DNA from: Hemiscyllium ocellatum
Taxonomy: Eukaryota
NCBI RefSeq assembly: GCF_020745735.1
Contig: NC_083431.1
Location: forward strand, 45,908,496-45,972,495
DNA length: 64,000 nt
Direction of reading: 5' to 3'
Below the pieces are notes generated by a model. That model saw only the letters and a list, made by a program, of their open reading frames with translations. It ran no database searches and was not told the origin of the DNA. The position numbers and the translations under genes are program-made. This document shows positions 34,109 to 47,278 of this stretch, piece by piece (position 1 is the first letter of the stretch; every line of letters starts with the position of its first letter).

Positions 34109-37100
34109 GATGTGGGTCTTAATTCTAGACCTATTCCCCTTATTTCATTTTTGCATAAACTGTTCTATAACCTAATTCTTTGACCAAATGTCTGTTGTCT
34201 TTAAATAAAATTTGATACCAAGCTGCACAAGATTGTTAGGTAATGTTTCTGTGAATAGTTTGGGACCTCTTTACTATTTAAAGATGATACGTGAATGCAA
34301 GATGACCACTCTGTGACACAGCAATTTTTAACTTGCCGTACTCTCTGGTTGAAATACTGAAACAGTTCATTTGGGGTTTGTTCATCTTCTGATATACCAT
34401 ACTGAAGAAGCAAAAATACTAACAGATTTGATCAAATGTTCCATATTCCTCTTTTTTAAAGATATAATTTTGAATAGTAACATTTTCTGCTTTCACCATC
34501 AATGTTGGCAAAAACTTAATGCAAGACAAATCCTTAATTTGTATGTAACTCTTGATTGCTGGGACTCTGGTTTGAGGTGGAAATGACTTTTGAATGTATG
34601 CTTAGTAATGTAGGTAAACAACTAAATGTGTGGAAAACGCAATAAATGTATTTAACTGAGTACTTTAATCATATTTATAAGGAATTGATATTTCACACTA
34701 ACTCTGCAGCTACCAAGAACTACAGTACTGCACTGTTACAATGTCCTATTATTTACTTTGTGAGGCTTTGACTTAAATTTTGACTCCGTAGTATCACTGA
34801 GAAGAGGCTGGCAGAAACTCCTTTGCTGCTAAATGGCCGTTTTCATAAGTCTTAATACTGTTTCTAATGTAAGTTTTTTTGTTTTCAGTTCGCAACTTTG
34901 GTTGCTTAACCTTGAGTCTAATTTCAACTAGCGTTTATCAGTGGTGTAATGTGAGTTGATCGTGCTTTTGACGCCATCCTGATGCATCCGTTATGAAATC
35001 ATTGCACATCTTGAAAAGATGAGGTGACATTTAATCTTTGTCACTTTGGTTCCAACTTCTATCTGTTTGGACAACTTGACTTGACATTTTGTTTTTTCTG
35101 TGTGAGGGATGATTAGATTTATTCATCCCAATTCTTTGCAAGCCATTTATTTTTCCCTTACTCATGTAAAATTGATTATTAACTTGATGTTACTTATTTT
35201 CCAGTTACTCTTCCTTTTTGCTTTACAGCTTCTAAAAGATGAACTGTATTCCTGGGTCTTTCTAGTGTAATATGTAGTGTTTTTGAGAAACACAGAATTT
35301 CTTTTTCAAGAATCCTCTGGATGGTATGCAGAACGAATCTGCAGATCTCTTGGCACTAACTCATTCTGCTTGACATCACCATAGTCTATCTTGAAATTTA
35401 TTCTGTTGGATGTTCTGAGCTTTTACTGCTACCATCAAGCTTGGTTGCTTTGCGCTTGTTTTAAGTTACTATAGCTTTCCTATCAACCAGGTTCAATAAC
35501 TGGACAAATCTGAATGTGAACCTGAAGGTACCTAATTTTCTGCAAAACCTACAAGAAGTTGAATCCTTCCCTTGTATACTAGCCATTAATCATTCAGCAA
35601 TGTTTTTGAGCTTGGCATGAACCAAAACAAAATGCAATGGTCTACTGTTATTTCAACACCTTTTTATATAAGATTCCTCGATTGGTAAAGAGACTGTCTG
35701 TCTGTTTAATATTGTACAAGAATTATACTCACTTTACAAGTCGTCTGCCTCACTGTCCAAGAGTTCACTTTTAACTTGTTAGTTTGTTGTGTTCTTGAGA
35801 TTTTTCCATATCTTCAATTAATTGCAAAATAAAACAAAGCAGTGATTTATTGTATATTTTTTAAAAAACTCTTTAAAATGAACAGAATTGCATAGATTGT
35901 AAAGCATGAAAATAACTGAACCGGCCCATGCTGCTTTTATGCTTTACATGAGCTTCCTCCCAGCCCTGTCAATGTTTTCATTCTATTTCTTTTTCTCCAG
36001 TGTTTGGATAACTTTTTTTAACACCTCTTATGCAGTTGGCTTCAGTTAATCCTTGTGGTTTTGAGTTTCACAAATGAACATGGTTTCTCCTGAATTCACT
36101 GTCATATTTCTGACTTATTTGTGGTGCACTGTTTGATCTTGAGTGGAAACATGTTTAAGTGACCAGACAATGATAAGCGATGTCCCATCGCTTTTGAATT
36201 GAGTTGGGGTAGTTTGGAGTGTGTAGTGGGATGCAAGTTGTTCAGCCTTTCTTGATGAACAAACACCTTTTGCTCTGGTGTCATCGTTATCAAACTTCAC
36301 ACCTTCTCCACTGTGCCTTTATAATACAGTTCTCGACTTCATGCGTGGGAAAACTAGCTGCTATACTTTATTTCTTTTCCCCTGTACGCTGGAATTTGAC
36401 CCAGTGTATTGCTTCCACTATTAAACCTGACTGACTAATTATTGTCACCTTCTGTTTTTGTGTCCTTATCTCTAAATCTCTCTCTCTCTCCCCTTTGAAA
36501 GTTGTGGTATCTCTTTCTTTCCTGGCAAGTGTATTAGTTCATGTCTTGAAATTCAAATGCCAATTTTGTGCCTGCATTTGCTGATTTATCAATGTCATCT
36601 TTGTTGTGACCACTATCTTCATTATACCCTTTCTGTTCTCTCAAACTTTAAGTACTGCCTGAATTGAGAGGTGTAACTACTACTTTAATTAGAAAGCAAC
36701 ACTAATGCTAAATGTGTTGTATACAGCAAATCACTTCAGTGTGCCTTTTTAAATTCTCTTGCTCTTGTATGCCGTTTTCATAACGGCCACTTGATACCTT
36801 CAAGGTTATTGTCTGGCTTAGGAATGTCATGTAGTTTTCCTTTCTTCTACAGAAGCTCTGACTTGAACGTTTCTTAAGGCTTTGACAGAACTTCCTAACT
36901 TTCGAAAAAATGAATTATTTTTATTGTCGGTGTCAAAAGATGATATCCATACTCAAAGAGCATTTTTGAGCTAAATAGGCTCTTCGTGCACCAAAACTAA
37001 TTTCCTTTTTTTTCTTGCTGAATTTGTGAAAAATGAAAACTTGCAGATTTGATGGAGTTCTGTGTGCGTGTGTGCAGCCACTGTCCTTTCTGATCTGGCA

Positions 37101-37561
37101 CTGAGCTTTAAGCTCCAAATGTTGTGTATATCTTTATACTGTGCACTGAATTAAAGTTTTTTTCCATAATAAGCAAGTTGCTACAGTTGGTAATCTGAAA
37201 GTGTTGAAAATCCAGAAAGTCAGGCACTGCAAGGAATTCAGCTGCTTCAGTCTTGTGATCCTTTGTCAGAACCTGAATTTTATTTTAGTGCTATGAAAAT
37301 GCCTATTTTGTCCATAGTGGATTTTTTCTTATAATTGCAGAAATAAAATGCATGTTTGGGGGTGAGGGGTAATAAAATTGGCAAAAGATTAACTTGGTTT
37401 AAAAAAATGCTCTGTGTACACTTGTGTTGAATAATTGGGGAATGTGAAAATATGGGAACAAATTCCCCACAGGGTATCCTACTGGGGAAGGGTATGTTGG
37501 TGGTTGGGATGGTACGTATAAATGAAACCATTTTTGTAACTAATGTATGTCTGTCTCTAAG

Positions 37562-37661
37562 GGTTATGGTGGATATGAGCAATCTGGTACTTCTGGATAT
37601 GGACAAAGCCAAAGTGGGTATGGTTCAAGTTATGGACAAGGACAAGGACAAGGACAGTCAG
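37562..37661 (+). CDS. TAF15: TAF15 exon 4 (GYGGYEQSGTSGYGQSQSGYGSSYGQGQGQGQS)
   Basis: ctctaag| 100 nt |gtatac, phase 0-1, SYGQ-rich. Confidence 0.88.
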
Positions 37662-37745
37662 GTATACAATGGTTTTTGTCTTAATAGTAGCTTTCCCTGA
37701 ATAAGGGCAGCTGTATCAATGTTGGTTGCATTTTCTATTTTACAG

Positions 37746-37878
37746 GGATGAACTCATCTCCGTCGTCAACAGGCTATCGACAGGGTGGACACAGCTATGG
37801 GAGTGAGAGCTCCCACAATACTTATGGACAGCAACCGTCGTATGGAAATTACGGGCAGCATTCAGATTCCCCTAGCAG
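37746..37878 (+). CDS. TAF15: TAF15 exon 5
   Basis: tttacag| GMNSSPSSTGYRQGGHSYGSESSHNTYGQQPSYGNYGQHSDSPSS |gtaatg, 133 nt, phase 1-2. Confidence 0.88.
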
Positions 37879-39737
37879 GTAATGTCCAAGTAAAATAACT
37901 CAAACACTGCTACACACCAATTTGTTGTTTGGAATATATCATTTTTCAGTCAAGAATATAATACTCCTTCAGACTTTGGTTTTTAAAACAAAAGTCCCTG
38001 CTATCCTGCTTTATGCGTTAGGAGATTTCGTAATTGTCTATTTAAAACTATTGCCTTTAATTGCCGCTTCATACTTTTTTGCATCTGGTTGTTGTTTAAA
38101 TCACATTTGGCAATGATTGCTTTTTTTGGACTTCTTCAAGGAAGTGGCACTGCACCCTAGGGTATGTTCAGCCCTTCAATTTATCTCACCATCTGAAACC
38201 CTTGGTGATTTTAAAGCGTAGGACAATTTCTAAACTCACAGGGTGCATTCCTTCTGGGAATGTTGCCTCATCAGAAAGTCCTGTTGTCTGTGGTAAATAT
38301 GACTTTCTTGAGAGCAGGATATTTATAAAACTTAGATTTCTCTTCCTCCACCCTAAAGAGATTTCACGCCGATATTCATAATTTGCAAGTTACAGTGCCC
38401 TTTGCATCTGTCGTTCTTCCTCTCCTAACACGTCCACATGGTCCTTCTCCAGATTCAAGATCACATGTTCAGCGCTCAGCCGTTTGCCACATCCCATGTC
38501 ACCATATGCAACAGCATTGGAGGATTACTTGTATTCATTACAAGATTGTGTATAGCGCATGCCTTGCCAACTTCCTGTACCATTTAATGCCACACTTATA
38601 TAACTAAATTTATTTTAGCCTAGGCAAATTTATTCTACTTACCCCTGATTGACTTATTGTAACATGGGATTGACTCCGAGCCCTGGTTCTCCCAATCCCG
38701 ACTTCCACTTTGAACAGCTGCAGCACAAGAACTCAAACGGTAAGTAAACCTTCATCCTGCGGCTATTGCATGACCATTGTTAAAGTACACTTAATGTATT
38801 TGGGTGCAGAGTGCTCTTATCCACTACAATCCTGAATTCACAATGCAGTTGTGTAGTTGTAACTTTCTTAGCAATAACCCATTTCTGCTGTGTTGATTTG
38901 TTTCTTGTTTCTGCTTTAAAATCATTTGATGTGTGAGATGTATTATTAAATTCCATTGAACGGACACTTGATACCAGGTTATGGAGCTGTTTTGATTTCA
39001 GTTGAAACTCCATTAATGCCAAACTCATGACTTTATTCCACCATAACCTTAACTCTGGGAATCTAGTGACTTTTTTTGGTTCCCAGGACAGGGGTTTACA
39101 GCATTTTTTTCTGTTTTTTTTGGGTCACGCCACCAAAGCTTTATTGACCATGCTATTTCAATTTTTACCATTTCAAGTGCAGATTTCTCCCAGGATAAAA
39201 CTGCATCCTTATCTCCTGAAGACACTCTATGAAACATGCTGTAGTATGATGTAATTGGTGTTGCAATTTTCCAAAAGCTTCTATCTAAAAATGAGACTTG
39301 GTACTTATTTACTGGCATTGAGCTTGGAATTATTTTTTTAAATTCCAAGTTGTCTGCACTTCAACTATGTAGTATTCATCAATGACCATCACTTTACATT
39401 TACCTGAAGCTTCAAAACCTGAATGAACCAGCGGTTCTGTTGCCCCAACTTCCAGTCAATTAACAGGAAAGTTTATGGAACATTATAAAAAAGGCTGTTT
39501 GAATGGATGCTTGATAGGAATGTAAATCATGACCCACAAACTGCCCTGAATCCTGAGTTAACTACTGGGTTCCCTAACCACTGAGTAGCCTCTGAACACT
39601 CCTATCCAAATTCACCCCCCATCCCCCTGCTGGAAACAGTGTGATAATTACAACAGGGTCTCTGACCACTAGATCCCCCCTTCTTTACCAGCTAAGAAAA
39701 TGTTGGATAGTCGATTTAGTAAACATTTCTTTTACAG

Positions 39738-39850
39738 CTATGGCTCAAAGTCTGAGACACAATATAGTACCCAGCAAAGCCAATCAAGTTACAGCCACTC
39801 AACTTCGTATCATCCACCTCATGACAATTATGGTCAACAGAGCTCAGGAG
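39738..39850 (+). CDS. TAF15: TAF15 exon 6
   Basis: tttacag| YGSKSETQYSTQQSQSSYSHSTSYHPPHDNYGQQSSG |gtaagg, 113 nt, phase 2-1. Confidence 0.88.
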
Positions 39851-40191
39851 GTAAGGACAATGGGGAGCTGTAGAAACAATGATTTTTAACATACTGATCC
39901 AGTATTCTGGATGTGGGAGGGCCCTAGCGAATGGGATGAATTATTGGTGATAGTTGCAACTTTTCATTATCTTCATTTGGCCATTGAAAGTTTTTTTTGT
40001 TGAGGGTAGAGAGAGATGGGAAGCATGTCCAAGTTTGGAGGCCACATAATTGCTTTTTAAGGAGGTTAACTTGATAAACTAAGTAAAGTAGTAATTTCTT
40101 TGAGAATGGAAGCTTTGGTAAATTAGAATCAAGTATTTCTTTAACTAGAATGGCAATTGTTAATAACCACTCTTTCTTTCCAACCCCCAAG

Positions 40192-40342
40192 ATGACTATG
40201 AGCACGATAGGCCTGGCAGGAGTAAATTCAGTGATGACAACCGGAACTTTGGCAGACCGCAGGGTAATGGAGGTAGAGGTCGTGGAGGATATGGTCATGG
40301 TGGCTTTGACTGTGATGGTAGAGGGGGACGTGGTAGAATGGG
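40192..40342 (+). CDS. TAF15: TAF15 exon 7 (RGG1)
   Basis: cccccaag| DDYEHDRPGRSKFSDDNRNFGRPQGNGGRGRGGYGHGGFDCDGRGGRGRMG |gtaggt, 151 nt, phase 1-2. Confidence 0.88.
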
Positions 40343-41579
40343 GTAGGTGCTTCTTTCTCATTAAAAACCAAATGTCTGTCATTTACATCTTGACACCATT
40401 TATTCAATGTACAGTATTTGGAAGTTAATTTGTGTACCATACTTTTTGAGTCACCTTGTAAACTGGGAAGTTGTGTAGTTTCTACCACTTGGTAGATGAC
40501 AAAGTTAAGACAAATGATTTCTAACCTGGCTGTTAAGGCTTTTCTAAATTACATAATACACAGTGGTATATAGAAATCAACTGATTTCTATCTTCATTAA
40601 TTTGATGGGCCCCTAACTTTGCAATTTTTCATAGGTCACTTGGGTGTGATGACTTGTTTCATTGTTAATCATGATGACAGACTGAAGTATTGGTGTGGTT
40701 ATCTTCACTAGTACATGTCTAATGGCTGCTTAGACTGATTTTCAACCACAAACTTGTCTGATCTATCCACCTTAGTGTATGTGCAGGCACTTGACCAGTA
40801 ATGCTCCTATAGTTATTGAGTTTATAAAATGAAATAAAAATATTTTTACAGCATTTAAATGCTGCACTCCATATATGTGGGCTACACTGAGCAAATGGAA
40901 CTATTTGAGTTGCAGCTTGTAAGGTTCAGGTCTTGTCTCCTGTTAACATTGTTTTCAAGGTTGAAATGAAAATTTGTTTGTGCAGTATCTCCAAACGAAC
41001 TAGGCTCTTGAACAAACGCAAAGTGAACTGTTACTTAACTCCCCTTGTCCAGACTTTTAGATATGAAAATGTTGCAACCCAAACCTAAACTGAGGCAACT
41101 ATGTTCATTTTAATTGTTTCACCGTGATAAGTTCATTTTTGTCATGTAACTAGTTTTTTCTTTAGTTTAGTAAAGCACTCATCCATTTATGAAATGCAGA
41201 TCTTTCACAGGTTTTTAAAAAGCTTTTTTTATATATAAGTTGCTGCACCTCGCAGAAAGCTAACCTTGGTATCATAAATATGGTTAAGCTGCATTTGTCT
41301 AGCGATTAGCATTCCAAGATACTTGTGTCTATTGATGTAAATGACACCTGAAATCTAAGACTGCTGCATAAAAAGAATATGACTTACTCTGCAATACAAA
41401 CTTGTAATGGTTTGCTATTGAAATTACTCTGTGGCTTATTTTGATAAAAATTAATTACAGTCCATTTAACATAGTTCAAGAACTTACTTTCATACTAGAA
41501 TGGCACTTGTAAAAGCTGCACTGTTCAGAGTTGTGATACTCCAGATATGTTTTTGTACCCTGGTGGTATTTCAAAGTGG

Positions 41580-41898
41580 GAGTCATAGTCATAGAGATGT
41601 ACAGCATGGAAACAAATCCTTTGGTCCAACCCGTCCATGCCGACCAGATATCCCAACCCAATCTAGTCCCACCTGCCAGCACCTAGCCCATATCCCCCTC
41701 GACCCCTCCTATTCATATACCCATCCAAATGCCTCTTAAATGTTGCAATTGTACCAGCCTCCACCACTTCCTCTGGCAGCTCATTCTATACACGTACCAC
41801 GCTCTGTGTGGAAAAAGTTGCCCCTTAGAGCTCTTTTATATCTTTTCCCCTCTCACCCTAAACCTATGCCCTCTAGTTCTGGACTACCCAACTCCAAG
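41580..41898 (-). mobile_element. HER1/CR1 LINE 3' end
   Basis: Same 3' UTR and tail as 22457-23087, inverted. Confidence 0.85.
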
Positions 41899-44836
41899 AG
41901 CCCTTGTGATGAAGCTATATTTTGTGATCATCAATGCTGCCAGTAAAAACTGATCATTCAGTTGTTGGATATAACCACCAATTCTTGTTTGAAACCCTCC
42001 AAGGTTTTGTGCACATTGTTGGCATGCTACTTGTGGCATTGAATTCCAGTTTGGGAAGTTGCTATCGCACATGGACCTCCTGACGTCTGTACAGCAAAAA
42101 GAAAATTAGAACACTGGATGTAATTTGCTTAAATTGTTGCTCTTGGTTGTGCTGGGACCTGGGCTGAATAAGTTCATTTTGCATCTTATCCATGGTGGAA
42201 GTATTTATTTGAACTGTGCAATACAATGGGAATTTTGAGTTCCAAAATGCCTGTAAATGGAGAAACAGTATTAACATGCTCTCTACTGTTCTGTTTTTTA
42301 TGCTTTAGATATGATTTTACTGACTCACGTTTTTAAAAGTGGCTGTAATACATAAACTTAAAATTCTAACCAGTATTTCAGTTATGCTTTCAGTAAATCA
42401 TCTTTCTTTTTTACTTTAATGTTGTCATACACATTAGTAAATTTATTTACCTTGGGATTGGTTAGTTCTGAGTTGCTAGTGCAAATTCATCTATTTCCCA
42501 AACTAACTAGAGTTATGCCTCAGGCTGTATTTGTGAATTTGCATGACACTTATGCCATTTTATTTTAAGACCGGACCATACTAGCAGATTTATTCTGATA
42601 TCACATTTATTGTGATCTCTCTTGCTGAGAAGGGAGAGGTGGTTTGAATGCATTTTGGAGTACATTGTTTGTTTTCACTCTCCATTTTGAAATACTGCAG
42701 GAATTGGATATTTTGACTGCACATTGCAATCAAGATTGTGGTATGTTCCAAGTTTTTGGAAGAAAAGCTTGTGTGGAGAAGAACAGAATATTTTCTGCTC
42801 TTTTCCATGTTGCGGTGCTGTTTGAATTTGAACATATGCAATAACAAAAGCACATCCTGGTGTGCAAGCAGTAATGTCAAATCTGTATCAATGTAATTTG
42901 TTTGAAATGTGCATTTCATTGTGCCTTGAGTTTTCTTGAATTTTTTGTCGAAGCTGCAATGTACATAAATCTGCAGAAGGTGGACTGCATTTAGATTTAT
43001 TTAACGTGTTGTCACTTGTACCTAGGCACAGTGAAAAGTGGATAGAGTTACTGCCTTTACAAGGGAAAAGTGGACTTCAGTTTTATTTCTAAACAATTCC
43101 AATCTGAGCTCAAATATTAAGCTAATGCATTTGTCAGTTCATATAGTGCTATATTTGAAGATTTATTGTAACCTGGTGATCATTTGGTCTTGATCATCCC
43201 TATATTATAGTGGTGATGGAAGGTATTTTTGTGCATAACTGTGATATTATGGTCTCCATTGCTATATGGTTGGACAATGCTGCAAATGAAAAGAATTCTG
43301 CGTGGTCTGTCTTAATTGAATGGGAGAAAGTGAAGCAGTGCCACCTAAATTTGAACTAACCCAAGATGCATTATGCAAGTCAAGTTGCTATAATAAAGCT
43401 GTAGAACTTTTTATCATTAAGTGGAAACCAGACACTTCTCTTTAATCAACTATTTGGAATGCAGATGAAAAATAATGGCCAACAATCAGTCCCTAATCTT
43501 TCCATTGGAAGCTGTTGAAGTTGGCTGTTGTACTGGAGTGTTTTATTGGTTTTATTTAGAAGCAGGCCAAAACAAGCGTTACAGCTTCTAGGTTTGAGTT
43601 GCTTCTGCACTGGTTAGTAATAATTTCATCTTTTGATAAATATTGAATTAATCTCTCTAAAACTCCTGGGTTTTTTAATCTCCCTGAGTTGCTCAGCTAA
43701 TGCTGTTGCTTAACAGCAACTCCACGTGGAATTATAAACTTGTCTTTTTTGTCTATTAACTCGCAGATGTTTCAGTACTGGAATAAAAGTTGAAAATGCT
43801 ACAAATTGTCATTATTTTAGATTTCCAGCATCCAAAATATTTTTATTTTTGGGCCAGTATTTATTGTCTGCCATTAGTGCCCTTGGGAAGCTGGCAGTGA
43901 AGATTGTTTTAATATTTTATAGTAAAGATAGGTAAGGACACAAGAAATGGAAGGGAGTATATCTCTAGCGTGACAGTGAAATATTTTACACTCTACACTG
44001 TGTAGATCAGTACTAAGTTTGTTTGCTCAATTTAGTTTTTCCTCCCTTGGTTTTGAATATGGAACTGAATATACATATTTGGATTATATTTTGAAGATAT
44101 ACCACTGAAGATACCATATTTTAGTTTTTTTAAAAACTGTTGGCTTGGATAGGAGATTAACCACAAACTGGAAAATGTTTATGTAAATTTTGTGACAGTT
44201 AAGGTTTTAAACCAAACTTAGTGAAGTTCAAGGACTTGGATTACACTGGTTGCTATGGCACATTCTAATTGTGCTAAGTACTAATGACTGTGTATTTTAA
44301 AAACAACCGGCACATGATTAAATTAAAAAAAGTAAGATGATTAAACTTGTTAGTTTGCTCTCCATTCTGTGTCACAAGTTTAAGTGAGCTAGTATGCTTC
44401 TCAGCCTCACTGAAGTTCATGCATTTTGCACACTCTGCAGTCTCTGAAGCTTTTTAAAAATCCCATAAATTGCTAAAGAAAGCTCTTCTAATTGCCTTGG
44501 CCATATTGAAAACAAATGGTTCAGAGTCTACTGGCAAACCTGTTTTGAGTAAATTGTGATACACCTGAAGGCTAAGTGGCAGGTTTACTCAAGTGGGGCA
44601 TATTTTATAAGTGTCTAGTGGTTGGGAAAGTGAAACTAAAATTTGATATTCTAATCACTTCTGAAGTAGACCTTTGCAGTTAAAGTTTCTGCAATCATCT
44701 CTTGGGGGTTTTGAATGACTTGATCACTCAATGTGGCAGTAATTGTCAAAACTTCACTTATATCAAGATAAAGCCTTTTGGTTTCAACCCTCTTTAACTG
44801 GCATGAAAACATAATTTCCTTTTTTTTCCTCTGCAG

Positions 44837-44871
44837 TGGTGGTGATCGTGGTGGCTTCAATAATTTTGGTG
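44837..44871 (+). CDS. TAF15: TAF15 exon 8 (GGDRGGFNNFG), homolog of FUS exon 7
   Basis: ctgcag| 35 nt |gtaagt, phase 2-1. Confidence 0.92.
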
Positions 44872-45029
44872 GTAAGTTTGAGCATTAGAACTGTTTTAAA
44901 TTTAAATTCTGTGATGTAACGCCACCATTCCTTGTCATTTTCAGGTGGGAATATTTGGTATGTACAGCTGAGTTTATTCAACTGGAAAAAGTAGTGAAGG
45001 ATTCAGTCAGCAGCAGTATTTTTGTATAG

Positions 45030-45327
45030 AATCTCTGTAGTGTGGAAACAGGCCCTTTGGCCAAACAAGTCTACACCAACCCTCTGAAGAGTAACCCAGC
45101 CAGACCCATTCCCCAACATTTCCCTTGACTAATGCACCTAACGTACACATCCCTGAACACTGGGCAATTTAGTATGGCCAATCCACCCTAATGTGCACAT
45201 CTTTGGACTGTGGGAGGGAACCCATGCAGACACAAGGAAGAAATGCAAATTCCACACAGTTGCCCAAGGCTGGAATCGAACCTGGGTTCCTGATGCTGTG
45301 AGGCAGCAGTACTAATGGTGAGCCACC
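45030..45327 (-). mobile_element. HE1-type SINE
   Basis: Head, core and tail recognisable on the minus strand. Confidence 0.8.
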
Positions 45328-46539
45328 CTGCGTTAATCCTAAGTTTGGGGCTGAGGAGTGGGGTGTATGGGTGGAAATGAGTGGTGAGGATGAGACCAGA
45401 AGCAACTTTCCATGGTTGTGCATCTTCAGTACTCAATCTGACTGGAAAACTAGTTATGGACTTATTACTTCAGTCCCATGACTGTTCTTTCCTGTCTGTG
45501 GTTGTGTAATAACCTGGAAATTACTGAACAAGTTGCTCCCTTTAAGGTACTGTGCAAAATGTGTTGAAATAATCTGACCTAAGTTCACTTGTGATCAATT
45601 GTCCTTTTTACTTTTTCCACTGGTGGTGCTTCTCATATTTCTGCAATCATCTGGTATAACATCCGTTTGAAACTTGCTTCATACTGCACCTCAAATGTTC
45701 ACTTCACTTCATTTTAGGCAGAAACAGCTGTTTGCTTAAATATGCTGGGAAGGGTGTGGAGAACACCATTCAATCAGATAAGTTTAGAGTGTATCAAAGA
45801 AAGTTTTTTGTTTTGTCTAATTAGCTTTGTAGAAGTTAGTTTTGAAACAGATTAAAATTTTGTGCTAAGACTTCAGTTTGTGCTGGAATGCATAAAAGAA
45901 GGTCATGATGTTTAGTGATAGAAGTTGACTGAGTGGTATTACCCAAAAAGTATTTGGTCCTGGCAATATTCTGAATTCAGTCTGTAACTGTTTTCTGTAA
46001 GAATTTTCTTCACAAATTTGTGCTGTGCTTTCACCTGTGGCATAAAGATAGAAGCTGCTCTTCATCCTTATTAGAGAGCTGAATGTAAATGCTCATATCT
46101 GTGATTACGTTCACTTACTTACAATTTAGTCTACTGATACTCACCTGCCATAAAGTCCAATATCAAACAATTGAATGCTGAGTATGGGCATTAAAACATC
46201 GATTTCTGATGCTTTTGTTCTATCAGCCAATACGGAATACAAGACAAATCTCTTTTCATGCAAAATTAAGTATGGGGACTGTTGGGGATGTAGTCAGTGT
46301 GGTTTAGGCGTCAGCTTGAAGAAATGAAGCAGTCCACATGCCTAATCTGTGTATCTTTTTATTGGAAATCAATTCTGAGCTTAATAAATGAGTGAATTCA
46401 ATGGTGGTTGTTTGTGATTGATTGTACACCAAATAAACTTGAATGATTGTGGTTGTCTTTTTGAATAATATTCCAATAAATGCCATGTGAAACAATGTAA
46501 GAAAAGTTAGTTACAGGCTCCCTTTTTTATTCTTCTCAG

Positions 46540-46572
46540 GCTCGAGAGATCGTGGGCAAGGGCCTAATCCCG
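46540..46572 (+). CDS. TAF15: TAF15 exon 9 (GSRDRGQGPNP)
   Basis: ttctcag| 33 nt |gtaggt, phase 1-1. Confidence 0.88.
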
Positions 46573-47094
46573 GTAGGTAAACTGCAGTATTCTAAACAAG
46601 AGTTAGGCTTCTGCTATTGCTTTCTCTAATGCTTCCAACTAATTATTACCTTGATATGTGCAGACTTAATTCACCGGAATTAATTGTGGGGCTGTTTATT
46701 CCTTCAACTAAACCAGCTTTAGTTAAAATGAAAATTCCTTGTTGACTGCAAGCTGAAATTTGAAATATTCTATTTTCTGGTTTTTAATTCTGTATTTTTT
46801 ACCCTAGGATCCTTGCTTTGAAAATATACAATTTTGCATTGTCCATTAAGTACAATGTGCTTTTTGTTTTGCTTGCATGATTCATTTTAACTAGTATGAT
46901 CTTGTGTGCATCTATAATCATTTGTTAGATTTGGTAAAGATTCAACAAAATCGTGCTTCAAAGGGGAGCTAAGTGCTTCTGTTTTGAGTATTCTGATCCC
47001 AAAGCGTTCTAAACTGCAATAACTTGAACGTTTACAGGGAAGACTAGCAAGTCAATAACACTTTTCTCCTTTTTGTTGGAAAAAAAATCCACAG

Positions 47095-47201
47095 CTTCTG
47101 ACGACAACTCTGATAACAACACCATTTTTGTCCAGGGTCTTGGAGATGATGTGACAACTGAACAAGTTGCTGATTTCTTTAAACAGATCGGTGTGATTAA
47201 G
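47095..47201 (+). CDS. TAF15: TAF15 exon 10 (RRM start)
   Basis: [36 protein letters not shown], ccacag| ... |gtttgt. Confidence 0.95.
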
Positions 47202-47278
47202 GTTTGTATACTGTCTAATTTTACATAATTCTGGGGAAGGGTATTAATCATTCTTATTGAGCATCATTTCATTAACAG

